From contig NZ_CP043314.1 in the NCBI RefSeq assembly GCF_008189525.1, positions 390,001 to 422,000 of the forward strand: DNA of 32,000 nt, given 5' to 3'. Shown here in pieces: positions 1 to 10,006 of the stretch (position 1 is its first letter; every line of letters starts with the position of its first letter). The notes beneath the pieces were generated by a model that searched no databases, had not been told where the DNA came from, and saw only the letters and a program-made list of their open reading frames with translations. Origin of the DNA: Candidatus Saccharimonadota bacterium. Lineage in GTDB: Bacteria; Pseudomonadota; Alphaproteobacteria; CAJXXZ01; 1604HC. A program made the translations under genes and the position numbers.

Positions 1-74
1 TTTTCATTAAGCTTGCTTGATTTGTTATTATTTTCGTCTGGATACTTAAAAAACACCTTGTCAAATTTTAACAT
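1..74 (-). CDS. ABC transporter ATP-binding protein, probably LolD-like; only the first ~24 codons are present because the gene runs off the window start
   Basis: An ATG at 74..72 shares one base with the TAA stop of the upstream permease gene (TAATG). It translates as MLKFDKVFFKYPDENNNKSSKLNE, which fits the first beta-strand pattern (hydrophobic-x-hydrophobic...Y) of ABC ATPases. Its position directly after a LolC/E permease supports the call. Too short to confirm. Confidence 0.35.
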   Translation of the reverse strand, partial: MLKFDKVFFKYPDENNNKSSKLNE

Positions 75-1276
75 TAGAAATTAATTCCTTTCAAAATATC
101 TGTTTTGGTAGCTGATCTAGCGGCAAAGAATAATATAAAGCACATTATAAAAAAGGCAGAAAAGGTTATTATAACCAAGTCTAAAACTTCTATTCTAGGA
201 AAGAATTCTGTAAAACCGAATGTATCTCCGTGAATAATATTTATACCCATTCTGTTTTTTATAAAACTCATAATATATGGGAAAATCTTTATCATAGACA
301 CTCCAAATAATGTTCCTATTAAAACACTAGAAATACTCATAATTATGCTTAGATTAGCAAAAAGCCAAAAAATCTGTTTTTTGCTAGCTCCAAAAGCTTT
401 AAGCAGACTTATGTCTCTAGTTTTTTCTGATATTAACATCCATAAACTGTTTGTGCTTTGAACCATTGCGCACAACACAAACAGACCTATGAATATCCCA
501 ATCACCAAGTTCTGCATAACAAACATCTGTTTTAGGGAAGGGTTTGTGTCTTTCCAAGTCCATACGCTCAATGCATTTCTATTTTCTTTATAAACTTCTT
601 TTTTATAATTCTCTATCTTTTCAGGATTAGTTGTATATACAGTATGTGTTTCTTCAGGATTTCCTATTGTATATTTATCCAACCCATGGCCAAGCGTGAA
701 AATTACATTCCTGTCAAAAGAATGAAACCCTAAACTGAAAATACCAACAACCTTTGCTCGTATTTTTTTTATAGATATATTATTTGATCCAAATCCATGA
801 GGTATCAGCAAATCTGCGTAACTTCCTATTCTTAATCCAAACTCTTTCGCAAGTTTCTGACCCACTGCAATTGATTCCACATCTCCAGTTTTATTTTTTT
901 GGAATTTTTTGTTTATCCACTTATTTTGTATTATATAATCTATGTCTTCTGGATCTGCAGATACGATTTTCACACCTTTAGTGCTGCTATAATGATTTAT
1001 CATTCCATGTTTTTCAGAATTTTTAATAGACCTTACATACCAATCTTTTTTCTTTAGAAAATCAACTTTAAATCCTTTTTGAGACACTACATCCATATGT
1101 CCGTAAATATGCAAACTTTTTTGTAAAATAGATTCTTGGAAACCACGCATTATCGCTATGGTTTTTATTAGTATTCCTAAACTAAATCCTATACTGAGTA
1201 TAGTTATCCACATTACTTTTTTGGTTCTTTTTCCTGTCATAGATATATAAAAATACCTAAAAGCTAATCTTATCAC
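74..1276 (-). CDS. Lipoprotein-releasing system permease, LolC/LolE family (FtsX-like)
   Basis: 400 aa ORF. The N-terminus reads LAFRYFY...KRTKK followed by TM1, then a large periplasmic domain. The C-terminal FtsX-type region (ISLLKAFGASKKQIFWLF...IGTLFGV) has three TM helices. This is the typical LolC/E architecture. Confidence 0.85.
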   Translation of the reverse strand: MIRLAFRYFYISMTGKRTKKVMWITILSIGFSLGILIKTIAIMRGFQESILQKSLHIYGHMDVVSQKGFKVDFLKKKDWYVRSIKNSEKHGMINHYSSTKGVKIVSADPEDIDYIIQNKWINKKFQKNKTGDVESIAVGQKLAKEFGLRIGSYADLLIPHGFGSNNISIKKIRAKVVGIFSLGFHSFDRNVIFTLGHGLDKYTIGNPEETHTVYTTNPEKIENYKKEVYKENRNALSVWTWKDTNPSLKQMFVMQNLVIGIFIGLFVLCAMVQSTNSLWMLISEKTRDISLLKAFGASKKQIFWLFANLSIIMSISSVLIGTLFGVSMIKIFPYIMSFIKNRMGINIIHGDTFGFTEFFPRIEVLDLVIITFSAFFIMCFILFFAARSATKTDILKGINF

Positions 1277-1943
1277 TAAGTTAATAATATATAATTTAGT
1301 TTTTATATAAAAGTCACAAATCTATTTCTAGTGAATTTCAATACAACTAATTAAAATTGTAAGCATATAAATCACTTTAAAAATAAATCTAAATTCATAA
1401 AATAAACAGAAATAGATGATAAAAAACAAATAAATAAATTAGAATACATTATTGAATATAGTCTGAATATCTCTACTATTTTAAAGCAAAATAATTAAAT
1501 TGCGCATAATCTTATAAGCACTTTTAAACTCAGCTCTAATTATAAAATAAAAATTGTTAGACAAAATTCGACTGGATTACTCCAGCCATTTTTAGTGTAA
1601 GGTTTTAAGAAATGGGATTTTCTAGTAAATAAAAAATGAGGTACATCTTATTAGACATTTTAATTTTCTTACCCTCAGGTTTTATTCCTTATTTTTAAAC
1701 CAAATTTACAAAACATAGCAAAAACCATGATTAAAATTCAGCTTACTAAAGCTCTATATAAAATTAAAAAATTTATACAAAACTAATTCAAGATCGCAAT
1801 CAATGAATAAATTAAATACTGATCTAAATTAAAAAAAATTCAAATTAAATAAATATCTAGATTTATAAAATCAAACGACTCTTACAGTTATCTTATCAAT
1901 AATTTAAATATTAACAAGACTGATCTGTTTCAAGCTTTAAAAT

Positions 1944-2366
1944 TTAAGCTTCTTCAGATTCGTGTGAGGATTCGGATGGCCCCATAGATAGAACAACAAC
2001 TCTTCTTTCTTCGCTAGAGTCATCTTTCATCTTTGTTTCTCCAAAGCTTCTCTTTTCGATTCTGCTTGCATCTACTCCGTGTTCTACCAACTGAGATGCT
2101 ACTTTATCTGCTCTTCTCTTAGAAATTCCAAGGTTGTATGCTTTGCTTCCTACGGCACTTGCGTGTCCTTCTACGTGAACTTTACATAGTCCACCTTTTA
2201 CTTTGTCAGCAAAGTTCTTAACTTTTTCAGATTCTTCTTTTGAAGGTGCGGATACATTGTTAGCAAAATGTACGTGCTCAGAACAAGATGCACTCTTATC
2301 CTTTTCTCCACAACCTGTCAAAATCAAAGCTACAGACAAAATAGACAAACGAAATAATGAATTCAT
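1944..2366 (-). CDS. pal: Peptidoglycan-associated lipoprotein (OmpA-family C-terminal domain)
   Basis: Signal peptide plus lipobox (MNSLFRLSILSVALILTGCG). OmpA-like motif GHASAVGSKAYNLGISKRRADKVASQL. I prefer the ATG at 2366 because AGGAG (complement of 2372-2376) lies about 6 nt upstream. The tracked ORF start at 2396 would place that RBS inside the coding sequence. Confidence 0.8.
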   Translation of the reverse strand: MNSLFRLSILSVALILTGCGEKDKSASCSEHVHFANNVSAPSKEESEKVKNFADKVKGGLCKVHVEGHASAVGSKAYNLGISKRRADKVASQLVEHGVDASRIEKRSFGETKMKDDSSEERRVVVLSMGPSESSHESEEA

Positions 2367-2537
2367 TTTTACTCCTTTTTCTATTAAATCACTCAAATAT
2401 CTTGCTCAAAAATTAAAATCTAAAAAGCAAAAACCATTCAAGGCAACTTAATGTTACGGATAAATCCTATATCATAAAAACTTACAAATCAATAAAAAAC
2501 ATTTAAATTTACATTAAATTGTTTTATCGTTACTTCA

Positions 2538-3068
2538 ATGAGCAATGCTGAAAAAATTATAGTTTATTTGGATGAAAATGAATTAAAAGTATATGATTCT
2601 GTTTTTGAATTCGTCAAAAATAGAGGTTATGAGATAACAATGATAAGAATTGTACATGAATATAGATCTGTAATAACAAGAGTTAATATAGAAAGAATAG
2701 ATAAAAAACCTATCACACATGAAGACTGCTCTGAAGTAGGAATTCTTATAGATACGAAACTAAAAGTAGATAATATAAAAGCTAATCTAGAAATAAGTTC
2801 TCCAGGAATCGATAGAGATCTAACTAGATTAAAAGATTTTGAAGAACACAAAGGAAAGGAAATAAAAGTAAAAACTAGATTTCCTATTTCTGAAAGTAAA
2901 ACCTTAATAGGTGAGCTAATGTCTATTTTACCAGATGGAATTGAGTTAAACAAAGATTCACAAAACAAAAGATCAGAAGAAAATTCTATTTATAATAAAG
3001 TTTTTATACCATATAATACGATCAGGAAGGCCAAATTAATAAGCGATGCATACCAATCCAAAAAGTAA
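2538..3068 (+). CDS. rimP: Ribosome maturation factor RimP
   Basis: 176 aa with the RimP hallmark ISSPGIDRDL. It sits immediately upstream of, and overlaps, nusA, which is the conserved rimP-nusA arrangement. Confidence 0.85.
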   Translation: MSNAEKIIVYLDENELKVYDSVFEFVKNRGYEITMIRIVHEYRSVITRVNIERIDKKPITHEDCSEVGILIDTKLKVDNIKANLEISSPGIDRDLTRLKDFEEHKGKEIKVKTRFPISESKTLIGELMSILPDGIELNKDSQNKRSEENSIYNKVFIPYNTIRKAKLISDAYQSKK

Positions 3069-4830
3069 AAAAAATGTAAAGGCTAACGAAGAGCAAAATA
3101 TAGACACACGAGATGTTTTGCAAAGCATAACCGAGGTTTCTAGAGAAAGGGGTCTTTCAGAAGACTCTGTTATAGAAATGTTTGAAGATGCTATGAGAAG
3201 ACTTCTTTCCAGAGCAAATGGGAATGTACCAGTTTCTGTAAAAATAAACAGAAAAGCTCAAAATATAGAAGCTTATCTAATCAAAGATGTTGTGGAGGAG
3301 CCTAAATATAAAAATGAAGTTTCTCTAGAAGATGCTCTAAAACTTGATCCAGAAGCAGAAATCGAAGGCACAGTAAATGATGCTATAGATATCGAGCAAG
3401 TGCAAAAATTACTTAACTCAAGAACCTTAGCATTCAACGCAAGAAAATCTCTAGAAAAAAATCTTACTGTTTTAGAAAAAGAGAAAGAATATGAATACTT
3501 TAGAGAAAAAGTTGGAGAGTTCTTTTTAAGCCCTGTAAAAAGAAGAGAAGATAGATATGTTGTTCTAGATCTGATTATGGGTGAAGGATACTTATTTAAT
3601 AGCGATGTTATTGATGGAGAGAAATTCAGAGTCAATCAAAAAATAAAAGCTTGTATAAAAGAAGTAAAACAAAGCGTATTTGGAATACAGGTTTTACTTA
3701 CAAGAACAAGCCCTGAATTCTTAGGAAAACTTTTCGAAGAAGCAGTGCCAGAAATACAACACAATATTATTACTATAAAATCCATTGCAAGAAGTGCTGG
3801 AAACAGGTCAAAAATAGCTGTACATTCTAATGATCCTGAAATAGATCCAGTAGGAGCTTGTATAGGAAAAGGAAACATGAGGATAAGATCTGTAGAAGAT
3901 CAAATTTCAAAAGAAAAGATTGATATAGTTAGATGGTCTGAAAATACTGACGTGTTTTTGGTTAATGCATTAGGAAAAAGAATAGATGCATTAAGAGTTA
4001 TAAAAGATGAAGATAATTCTGAATTTGATATTGTTGTAAGGGATGAAGATTATTACAAAGTCATAGGAAGCAAAGGTCAAAACATCAGGCTAATAAAAGA
4101 TCTTGTAGGGTGCAATATTACGATAATACCAGAAAGCAAATATTCAAACTTAAAGCAAGAAACTATTGAAGAGTTAGCTGAAATAGGTGTTTCAGAAATA
4201 TTTGCAGAAAATCTATATGAATCTGGGATTCCAGCTTATGAATTTTTGGCATATGCAACTGATGAAGAAATGCTAGAATACCAATCAGATCTTTCAGAAA
4301 ATGAAATGGATGAAATCAGAACAAAAGCATTTGATAAAAACAAGACAAATCAAATAAAAACACTTAAGGAAGATTTCGAAAGCACATTGGATATAGATTT
4401 GCATGAAAAAATAGGTTTTTATGAAGCTTGCTCACTTTCTGAAAAGGAAATTTATGAAAACATAGAATTAGTTTCCTTATCTCCAGAAGAACTAAATGAG
4501 ATTTTGTCTGACTATAGCATTGAGGATTGTGCTGAAATTATAAAAACTTTTGCTAACAAACCTGAAAACTCTCAAAATGAGGATACCAATGAAGATAGTA
4601 TCAGTAGTCAAAATGAAAGCGATACAAATGCAAATGATGATGACAAAACTAATAAAGAGGAACTTTCTTCAGAAAACACAAGCACACCTGAAGAATCTGA
4701 TCAACATGAAACAGACAATTCAAGCGCATCTGTAGACTCAGAAGAAATCTCTTCAGACATATCTGAAGAAGTATCTGAAGTATCTGAAGAAGCTGAAAAA
4801 TCTAACGAAAAAATTGAGGAAGTTAGTTAA
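3046..4830 (+). CDS. nusA: Transcription termination/antitermination factor NusA with a low-complexity acidic C-terminal extension
   Basis: 594 aa with an N-terminal domain (ITEVSRERGLSEDSVIEMFEDAM), S1 and two KH regions (DPVGACIGKGNMRIRSV; VIGSKGQNIRLI) and HhH-like acidic repeats. A Ser/Glu/Asp/Asn-rich tail follows (4552-4827). The ATG at 3046 overlaps rimP by 23 nt. An in-frame TTG at 3118 is an alternative start. Confidence 0.9.
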   Translation: MHTNPKSKKNVKANEEQNIDTRDVLQSITEVSRERGLSEDSVIEMFEDAMRRLLSRANGNVPVSVKINRKAQNIEAYLIKDVVEEPKYKNEVSLEDALKLDPEAEIEGTVNDAIDIEQVQKLLNSRTLAFNARKSLEKNLTVLEKEKEYEYFREKVGEFFLSPVKRREDRYVVLDLIMGEGYLFNSDVIDGEKFRVNQKIKACIKEVKQSVFGIQVLLTRTSPEFLGKLFEEAVPEIQHNIITIKSIARSAGNRSKIAVHSNDPEIDPVGACIGKGNMRIRSVEDQISKEKIDIVRWSENTDVFLVNALGKRIDALRVIKDEDNSEFDIVVRDEDYYKVIGSKGQNIRLIKDLVGCNITIIPESKYSNLKQETIEELAEIGVSEIFAENLYESGIPAYEFLAYATDEEMLEYQSDLSENEMDEIRTKAFDKNKTNQIKTLKEDFESTLDIDLHEKIGFYEACSLSEKEIYENIELVSLSPEELNEILSDYSIEDCAEIIKTFANKPENSQNEDTNEDSISSQNESDTNANDDDKTNKEELSSENTSTPEESDQHETDNSSASVDSEEISSDISEEVSEVSEEAEKSNEKIEEVS

Positions 4831-4897
4831 AGTAAATTAACTACGTTAAAAATAAAAAATATAACTTCAATCAACAAAGAAAGGGTCTTTAGTAAGT

Positions 4898-6217
4898 ATG
4901 AGTAAAACTCCTAAATTTACATGTGCAAGCTGCGGGACAAATTACAGCAAATGGCAAGGAAAATGTGATAGTTGTAATACTTGGAACAGTGTTATGGAGA
5001 ATATTGTAAGAAAATCTTCTATTAAACCTCTAGAATTAAAAGTTTTATCCGATGAAGCTGATGAAGTAATCAGATTCAAGACTAATATTTCAGAATTCGA
5101 TCATGTCTGTGGAGGAGGGTTAGTTGCTGGTTCAGTTACTTTAGTAGGTGGAGATCCTGGTATAGGAAAATCTACCATGCTATTACAAATAAGTGGATCC
5201 TTTCCTGGAAAAGTAGTTTATGTGTCAGGTGAAGAGTCTCTTAATCAGATAAAAGTAAGAGCTGACAGATTAAACATAAATCTAGAAAATATGGAATGTG
5301 CGTATGGAACAAATGTTGATCAAATAATAGAAACACTTAATGATGCAAAACCAAGTCTTGCCATGATAGATTCTGTACAAACTTTGTATGATCCTTTTTC
5401 TGATACAACGCCAGGAAGTATTGCTCAGGTCAGAATATGTGGAAATAAGCTAATACAATGGGCAAAAGATAAGAATATACCTATTTTAATAGTAAGTCAT
5501 GTTAATAAAGACGGAATGATAGCTGGACCAAAAGTTTTAGAGCATATGGTTGATACAGTTCTGTATTTTGAAGGAAACAACTCTATGAGAATAATTAGAG
5601 CTATAAAAAATAGGTTTGGATCTACGAATTCTATGGGTATCTTTGAAATGAGAGATAAAGGATTAATTCCTATAGTTGATGCTTCTAAGTCATTTCTAAA
5701 AAACAGATCTCTGACATATGGATCCTGTATATTCCCTGCTGTGGAAGGAAATAGACCACTATTAGTAGAAGTTCAAGCTTTAGTGTCAAATTCTTACTTA
5801 CAAAACCCAAGAAGAGCTGTAGTTGGGTGGGATGTTCAAAGATTAGCCATGATATGTGCTGTTCTAGAAAATCATTGCAAAGTTCCGTTATCAGGAAAAG
5901 ATATATATTTAAATATAGTTGGAGGAATAAAGGTTTTCGAGCCTTCATCAGATCTTTCAGTTGCAATAGTACTAATGTCAGCTTGGTATATGATACCAGT
6001 TCCTCAAGATCATTTCGTATTTGGAGAAATAGGACTTTCTGGAGAAATAAGACCGGTAAGTCAAGTTGATCAAAGATTAGGAGAGGGAGAAAAACTTGGA
6101 TTTAAGTCTGCTTGCATACCAGATAAATCAGAGGTAACATCATCCAAAATGGATTTGATTCAATTCAAGCATGTACAAGAAGTGCAACAATGGCTAAGAT
6201 CTAAAGCCAAAGATTGA
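4898..6217 (+). CDS. radA: DNA repair protein RadA/Sms
   Basis: N-terminal zinc finger CASCG...CDSCN, Walker A GDPGIGKST, the RadA motif KNRFGS, and a Lon-protease-like C-terminal domain. 439 aa. Confidence 0.95.
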   Translation: MSKTPKFTCASCGTNYSKWQGKCDSCNTWNSVMENIVRKSSIKPLELKVLSDEADEVIRFKTNISEFDHVCGGGLVAGSVTLVGGDPGIGKSTMLLQISGSFPGKVVYVSGEESLNQIKVRADRLNINLENMECAYGTNVDQIIETLNDAKPSLAMIDSVQTLYDPFSDTTPGSIAQVRICGNKLIQWAKDKNIPILIVSHVNKDGMIAGPKVLEHMVDTVLYFEGNNSMRIIRAIKNRFGSTNSMGIFEMRDKGLIPIVDASKSFLKNRSLTYGSCIFPAVEGNRPLLVEVQALVSNSYLQNPRRAVVGWDVQRLAMICAVLENHCKVPLSGKDIYLNIVGGIKVFEPSSDLSVAIVLMSAWYMIPVPQDHFVFGEIGLSGEIRPVSQVDQRLGEGEKLGFKSACIPDKSEVTSSKMDLIQFKHVQEVQQWLRSKAKD

Positions 6218-6347
6218 TAATAATTAATTAAAATTATAAATAAGGATTATTAAAAACAAGCTATATATGCATATGTTTTTGATATTTTTATTGTTATTTT
6301 TTTAAGTATATGTTTTTATAATAACATGTTATTGAGCGGAGGAAGTT

Positions 6348-6878
6348 TTGGATAATAGTAAAATAATGGACTTAATATCCTTAGGAATTGTAATTTACTC
6401 CTCTTTATTTGGGTTTTTAAGAGGGTTTGTTTGGGAAATTCTAAAAATAGTTTCTATTTTAGGATCTACATTAGTTAGTTTTTGGGCTGGAGTATCTTTG
6501 TTTGGAAGATTTAATAGCCTTTCTAAAATATGGATGAGATACGCATTAGGTTTTGGTTCTGGTTTTGGTATATTTATGATAGTTGGATCTGCAATGCTAT
6601 CTTTAGTATCAAGGGTTTCTTCTTATGTAAAAAAGGGACACATGAGAACAGTAGACAAGTTCGCTGGCTTTATTTTTGGATTACTAAGAGGAATTATGGT
6701 TATATTGTTGCTAGGATTCATAGTATCTCAATTAGATTTAGGAATGAACGATATGCTAAAAGATTCTTATGTAATGAGAATTTTAGAATCTAACAATTCT
6801 GTAATTACAGGATTAAGAAACTTGCTATACTTTTCTGCAGACAGATTTTCAAGTTTTACTGAAAATTTCCAAAATTGA
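6348..6878 (+). CDS. cvpA: CvpA-family (colicin V production) membrane protein
   Basis: 176 aa with 4 TM helices. The N-terminus (DLISLGIVIYSSLFGFLRGFVWEI) and LLRG motif are typical of CvpA. The TTG start at 6348 lies about 6 nt after GGAGGA. An ATG at 6366 is the alternative. Confidence 0.7.
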   Translation: MDNSKIMDLISLGIVIYSSLFGFLRGFVWEILKIVSILGSTLVSFWAGVSLFGRFNSLSKIWMRYALGFGSGFGIFMIVGSAMLSLVSRVSSYVKKGHMRTVDKFAGFIFGLLRGIMVILLLGFIVSQLDLGMNDMLKDSYVMRILESNNSVITGLRNLLYFSADRFSSFTENFQN

Positions 6879-6977
6879 ATCATATTATAAATTAGGAAAA
6901 AAATACTAATTTATAAATTAAATAATGATTTACATACTTATGTTTTTATATAAAAATCTTATAATATAACTATATTT

Positions 6978-7703
6978 ATGAATATTTTTATAGACCCAGT
7001 TTTATTCAATTTTTTCGGCTTACAAATCAAGTGGTATGGAGTTGCTTATTTATTAGGGTATTTTACATGTAGATTTTATTTATTACAAAACCTAAAAAAA
7101 GATTACAGTATAGAACTTTTAGATAAATTAATCAGCCTTATATTTCTATTTGGATTAATTGGGGGTAGGTTAGGGTACATATTCTTCTATAGTAAAGACA
7201 AAATAACATTCCTTAATATAATTTCATTCTGGAAAGGAGGGATGTCATTTTTCGGAGGATTTTTACTTTCAGGAATATATCTGTTTTATGCTTCGCAAAT
7301 TTTTAACATTGATTTCTTTAAAATATCAAATGAAATTATCAAAAAACTGCCAATAGGGTTAGGGTTAGGCAGATTCGCCAATTTCATAAATGGAGAAATA
7401 AGTGGAAGGGTTTTTATTTATAAAGGAATCTTATATAGGCACCCAGTTCAATTATACTCCCTATTGTTAGAAGGCATTGTTTTATATTTACTTCTTAATT
7501 CAAAAAGAAAGCAGAATGCTACTAAATATTTCTTCATTTATTATGGAATTATAAGGATAATTTTAGATTTCTTTAGAGACACTGAATCTAGTATGTTTTT
7601 ACAAAATAGTTTAATAGAAATCACTTACGGACAAGTATTTGGACTAATAAGCTTAGTAATAGGATTAATTATTAAAAGAGATTTACAAACAAAACAGTTC
7701 TAG
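6978..7703 (+). CDS. lgt: Prolipoprotein diacylglyceryl transferase
   Basis: Lgt signature blocks: IKWYGVAYLLGY, GGMSFFGGF, GRFANFINGE and HPVQLYSLLLEG. 241 aa polytopic membrane protein. Confidence 0.9.
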   Translation: MNIFIDPVLFNFFGLQIKWYGVAYLLGYFTCRFYLLQNLKKDYSIELLDKLISLIFLFGLIGGRLGYIFFYSKDKITFLNIISFWKGGMSFFGGFLLSGIYLFYASQIFNIDFFKISNEIIKKLPIGLGLGRFANFINGEISGRVFIYKGILYRHPVQLYSLLLEGIVLYLLLNSKRKQNATKYFFIYYGIIRIILDFFRDTESSMFLQNSLIEITYGQVFGLISLVIGLIIKRDLQTKQF

Positions 7704-8650
7704 AAATAGGGCATTATTGCTAATATTAGAATTCTTTATGTAATCAAATTAATTACGCTTTGATATTTAGGGTAGACAAATCCTAACCTTTGAGAAATAT
7801 ACTTGAGAATTAAAATTCAGACGAATACTATTTTTTTCCAATCAAAGTATTCCTAATTTTTATTAAATTAATTCATGAAAAATAATGAACTTTCTTTAAG
7901 AATTTTTTTACTTAATACCTGTAAATCGCTTAATTGTATTGAGATTTAGTAGTTTCTAGAATTTTCAATAAGTATTTTGTAATTATATACAATTATTTAT
8001 TACAGTAAATAAGATTTAGGTGAATTACACTAATTTCTGCATAGATATAAGGAAGGCTAATGAGTAATATATATAAAAGAATTCTATGTCTGGAACTTAT
8101 GATAGTAAATTATTCTAAGGAACAGGTTTAACATTTCAATTGAAACAATAATTTAGAAGTAAATTAAAGCGCTATGCCATACCTACAATCATATAATAAA
8201 ATAGCTCTATAATTAAAGAGTTTTGAGGGCATTTATCATAAACATAAAATTAATGTTGCTCATGAATTAAGCTTATTAAATTAACCCAAATTACCAATAA
8301 GAATTATAATGATTTTACAATTATATTAAGCAATTCATAGTAATTTATAAAATTAAAGTAATAATATTAATTAAGTTAAAACTAAATAGTTTCTAGACAT
8401 ATTCTATTATTTATTATGATATGAAAATAAACATAATTTTTATAAACAGAAATTAACTCAAGAATTAAAAATAAATAAAATTTAAATCAATTCAATAGAA
8501 ATATAGATTTCACTTTATAAGAATTATAAAGTGTATAAGATATATACACTAAAAAGATAACATTGGAAACCTTACAAAAAGTTATTAAAGCAAAAACTCT
8601 ACAACTAAGTAAGAATATCCGATATCAAGTAAAGGTATTCCTTAAAGGAA

Positions 8651-9586
8651 TTACATTACTTTGAAAGAAACCATCAATCTTCCACCATATGACAAAGCTT
8701 GCTTTCTGGTTTTAATTGAAATGGAGTCATGCAAATCAGCTTGTGCTGCTGCACCTTCTACACCTTTGAAAGAATATGTTCCATTGTACATGTTAATGTT
8801 TTCTTTCTTTCCACCTACTGGGAATCCTACGAAACCTTCAAGGTTCATAGCAATTCTTTTTGTAAAGTTCATGCTAAATCCAAGAATAGCTTGAGGAACG
8901 AATGCAAAGAATGATTCAGAAACATCATTATACTTTTTATTTAATTTTACTGCATAGCCATTAATACTATCATTATCTTCTGTATCAGAATTATTATCTG
9001 ACAAGGAAGAAATGATTTTTGTCTTGATCATGGAAACTCCACCACCAGCGTAAATACCAAATCTACATGTTGGCTTGAAATTCAAGATGTAATGAAGATC
9101 AATGTTGAACGGTCTTTCTTCTGACAATTGAGCAGACTTGTTTTCTTGCTTGTTTTCTTCTTTTGTATTGTCATCGTCAGCTTTAGCAGTTGATGCAGCT
9201 GTAGCAATGCCCATAAACTCAGCATACTTAGTAGATTTTGTATCTACTAATGTTCTGTTTCCATCTCTAAGTCCGAAAGCAGCTCTAATTTCATGACATA
9301 CAGGTCCTGTTTTTAGCAATCCTGCATTTAAGTAAGCATAAGCACCGAAAAGATTAAAGATTCCTTTTGTTTCAGAATCTTCATTCTTAATCACGAATGA
9401 AGATGCTTCAGACTTTATGTCTCCAATTGCCTTGCTTTCTGGCATTATTTGCTTTGTCTTTGTAAGCTCAATGTCCATTCCTTGCTTTACAAGAGCAGCA
9501 CCTAGACCAAGGCTAAGTGTTGGTTTAGCGTTTGAGTAAGCTGCAGATAATACAGCCAAACTAAGTAAAGATTTTACTTTGTTCAT
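8651..9586 (-). CDS. Outer-membrane beta-barrel or surface-antigen-like protein; family not resolved
   Basis: Signal peptide MNKVKSLLSLAVLSAAYSNA, with RBS GGGGA upstream. Alternating-hydrophobicity strands rich in Gly and aromatics (FNLFGAYAYLNAG, FGIYAGGGVSMIK, ILGFSMNF, EGFVGFPVGG). Two acidic, polar, loop-like inserts lie at 9116-9184 and 8963-9010. Confidence 0.5.
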   Translation of the reverse strand: MNKVKSLLSLAVLSAAYSNAKPTLSLGLGAALVKQGMDIELTKTKQIMPESKAIGDIKSEASSFVIKNEDSETKGIFNLFGAYAYLNAGLLKTGPVCHEIRAAFGLRDGNRTLVDTKSTKYAEFMGIATAASTAKADDDNTKEENKQENKSAQLSEERPFNIDLHYILNFKPTCRFGIYAGGGVSMIKTKIISSLSDNNSDTEDNDSINGYAVKLNKKYNDVSESFFAFVPQAILGFSMNFTKRIAMNLEGFVGFPVGGKKENINMYNGTYSFKGVEGAAAQADLHDSISIKTRKQALSYGGRLMVSFKVM

Positions 9587-10006
9587 TTAATCCCCTTTTC
9601 TTTTATTAACTCTAATATTCTATTATAAAAAATATCGCCATTCAATACTTTTCTCTGCAAATCAAATAGTTTTCTAGCTTTTTTATTGGAATTTTTAGTA
9701 AAGTTAATAGAAAATTAACTTACTCAAAAAAACCTAAATAAATTCTTAATATTTATCACAATAAAAGCTATGCAAAGCACTGAAAAAGCATTAACAAATA
9801 TATAAAAACTCTAACAAAATACCTACCCAAAATAACTTACATTATAAGAAAATTCAACTCTTAAGATGTAAAAAAATTATACATAACAACTTACAACATA
9901 AAACTAAACATTTATTCTTGTTTTCTAGTGTAAATATTTTAATTTCTCAGAGAAAAATCATACAATTTAAATCCATAGATCCATGAAGAATGCTATAAGA
10001 GAATAG

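Noticed and set aside
2367-2396. Upstream ATG at 2396 as the pal start (MSDLIEKGVK...).
   Set aside because: The AGGAG Shine-Dalgarno sits between 2396 and 2366. The signal peptide and lipobox begin at the ATG at 2366, so the shorter form is preferred.
784-6793. Short tracked ORFs lying antisense or out of frame inside lolC/E, pal, rimP, nusA, radA and cvpA: 784-981, 2203-2451, 2627-2968, 3273-3635, 3636-3878, 4550-4735, 5685-5966, 5827-6069 and 6530-6793.
   Set aside because: Each lies entirely within a longer ORF that carries clear family motifs. Their translations are low-complexity with no motif, RBS or signal. They are shadow ORFs.
6885-6916. Perfect 11 bp inverted repeat ttataaattag / ctaatttataa with a 10 nt loop just after the cvpA stop. 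A similar 7 bp hairpin gtgtata-agata-tatacac lies at 8531-8549, downstream of the OMP gene.
   Set aside because: The stems are almost entirely A-T (1-2 G-C pairs) and lack a convincing trailing U-tract. Such palindromes are expected by chance in AT-rich spacers, so the support is too weak to call intrinsic terminators.
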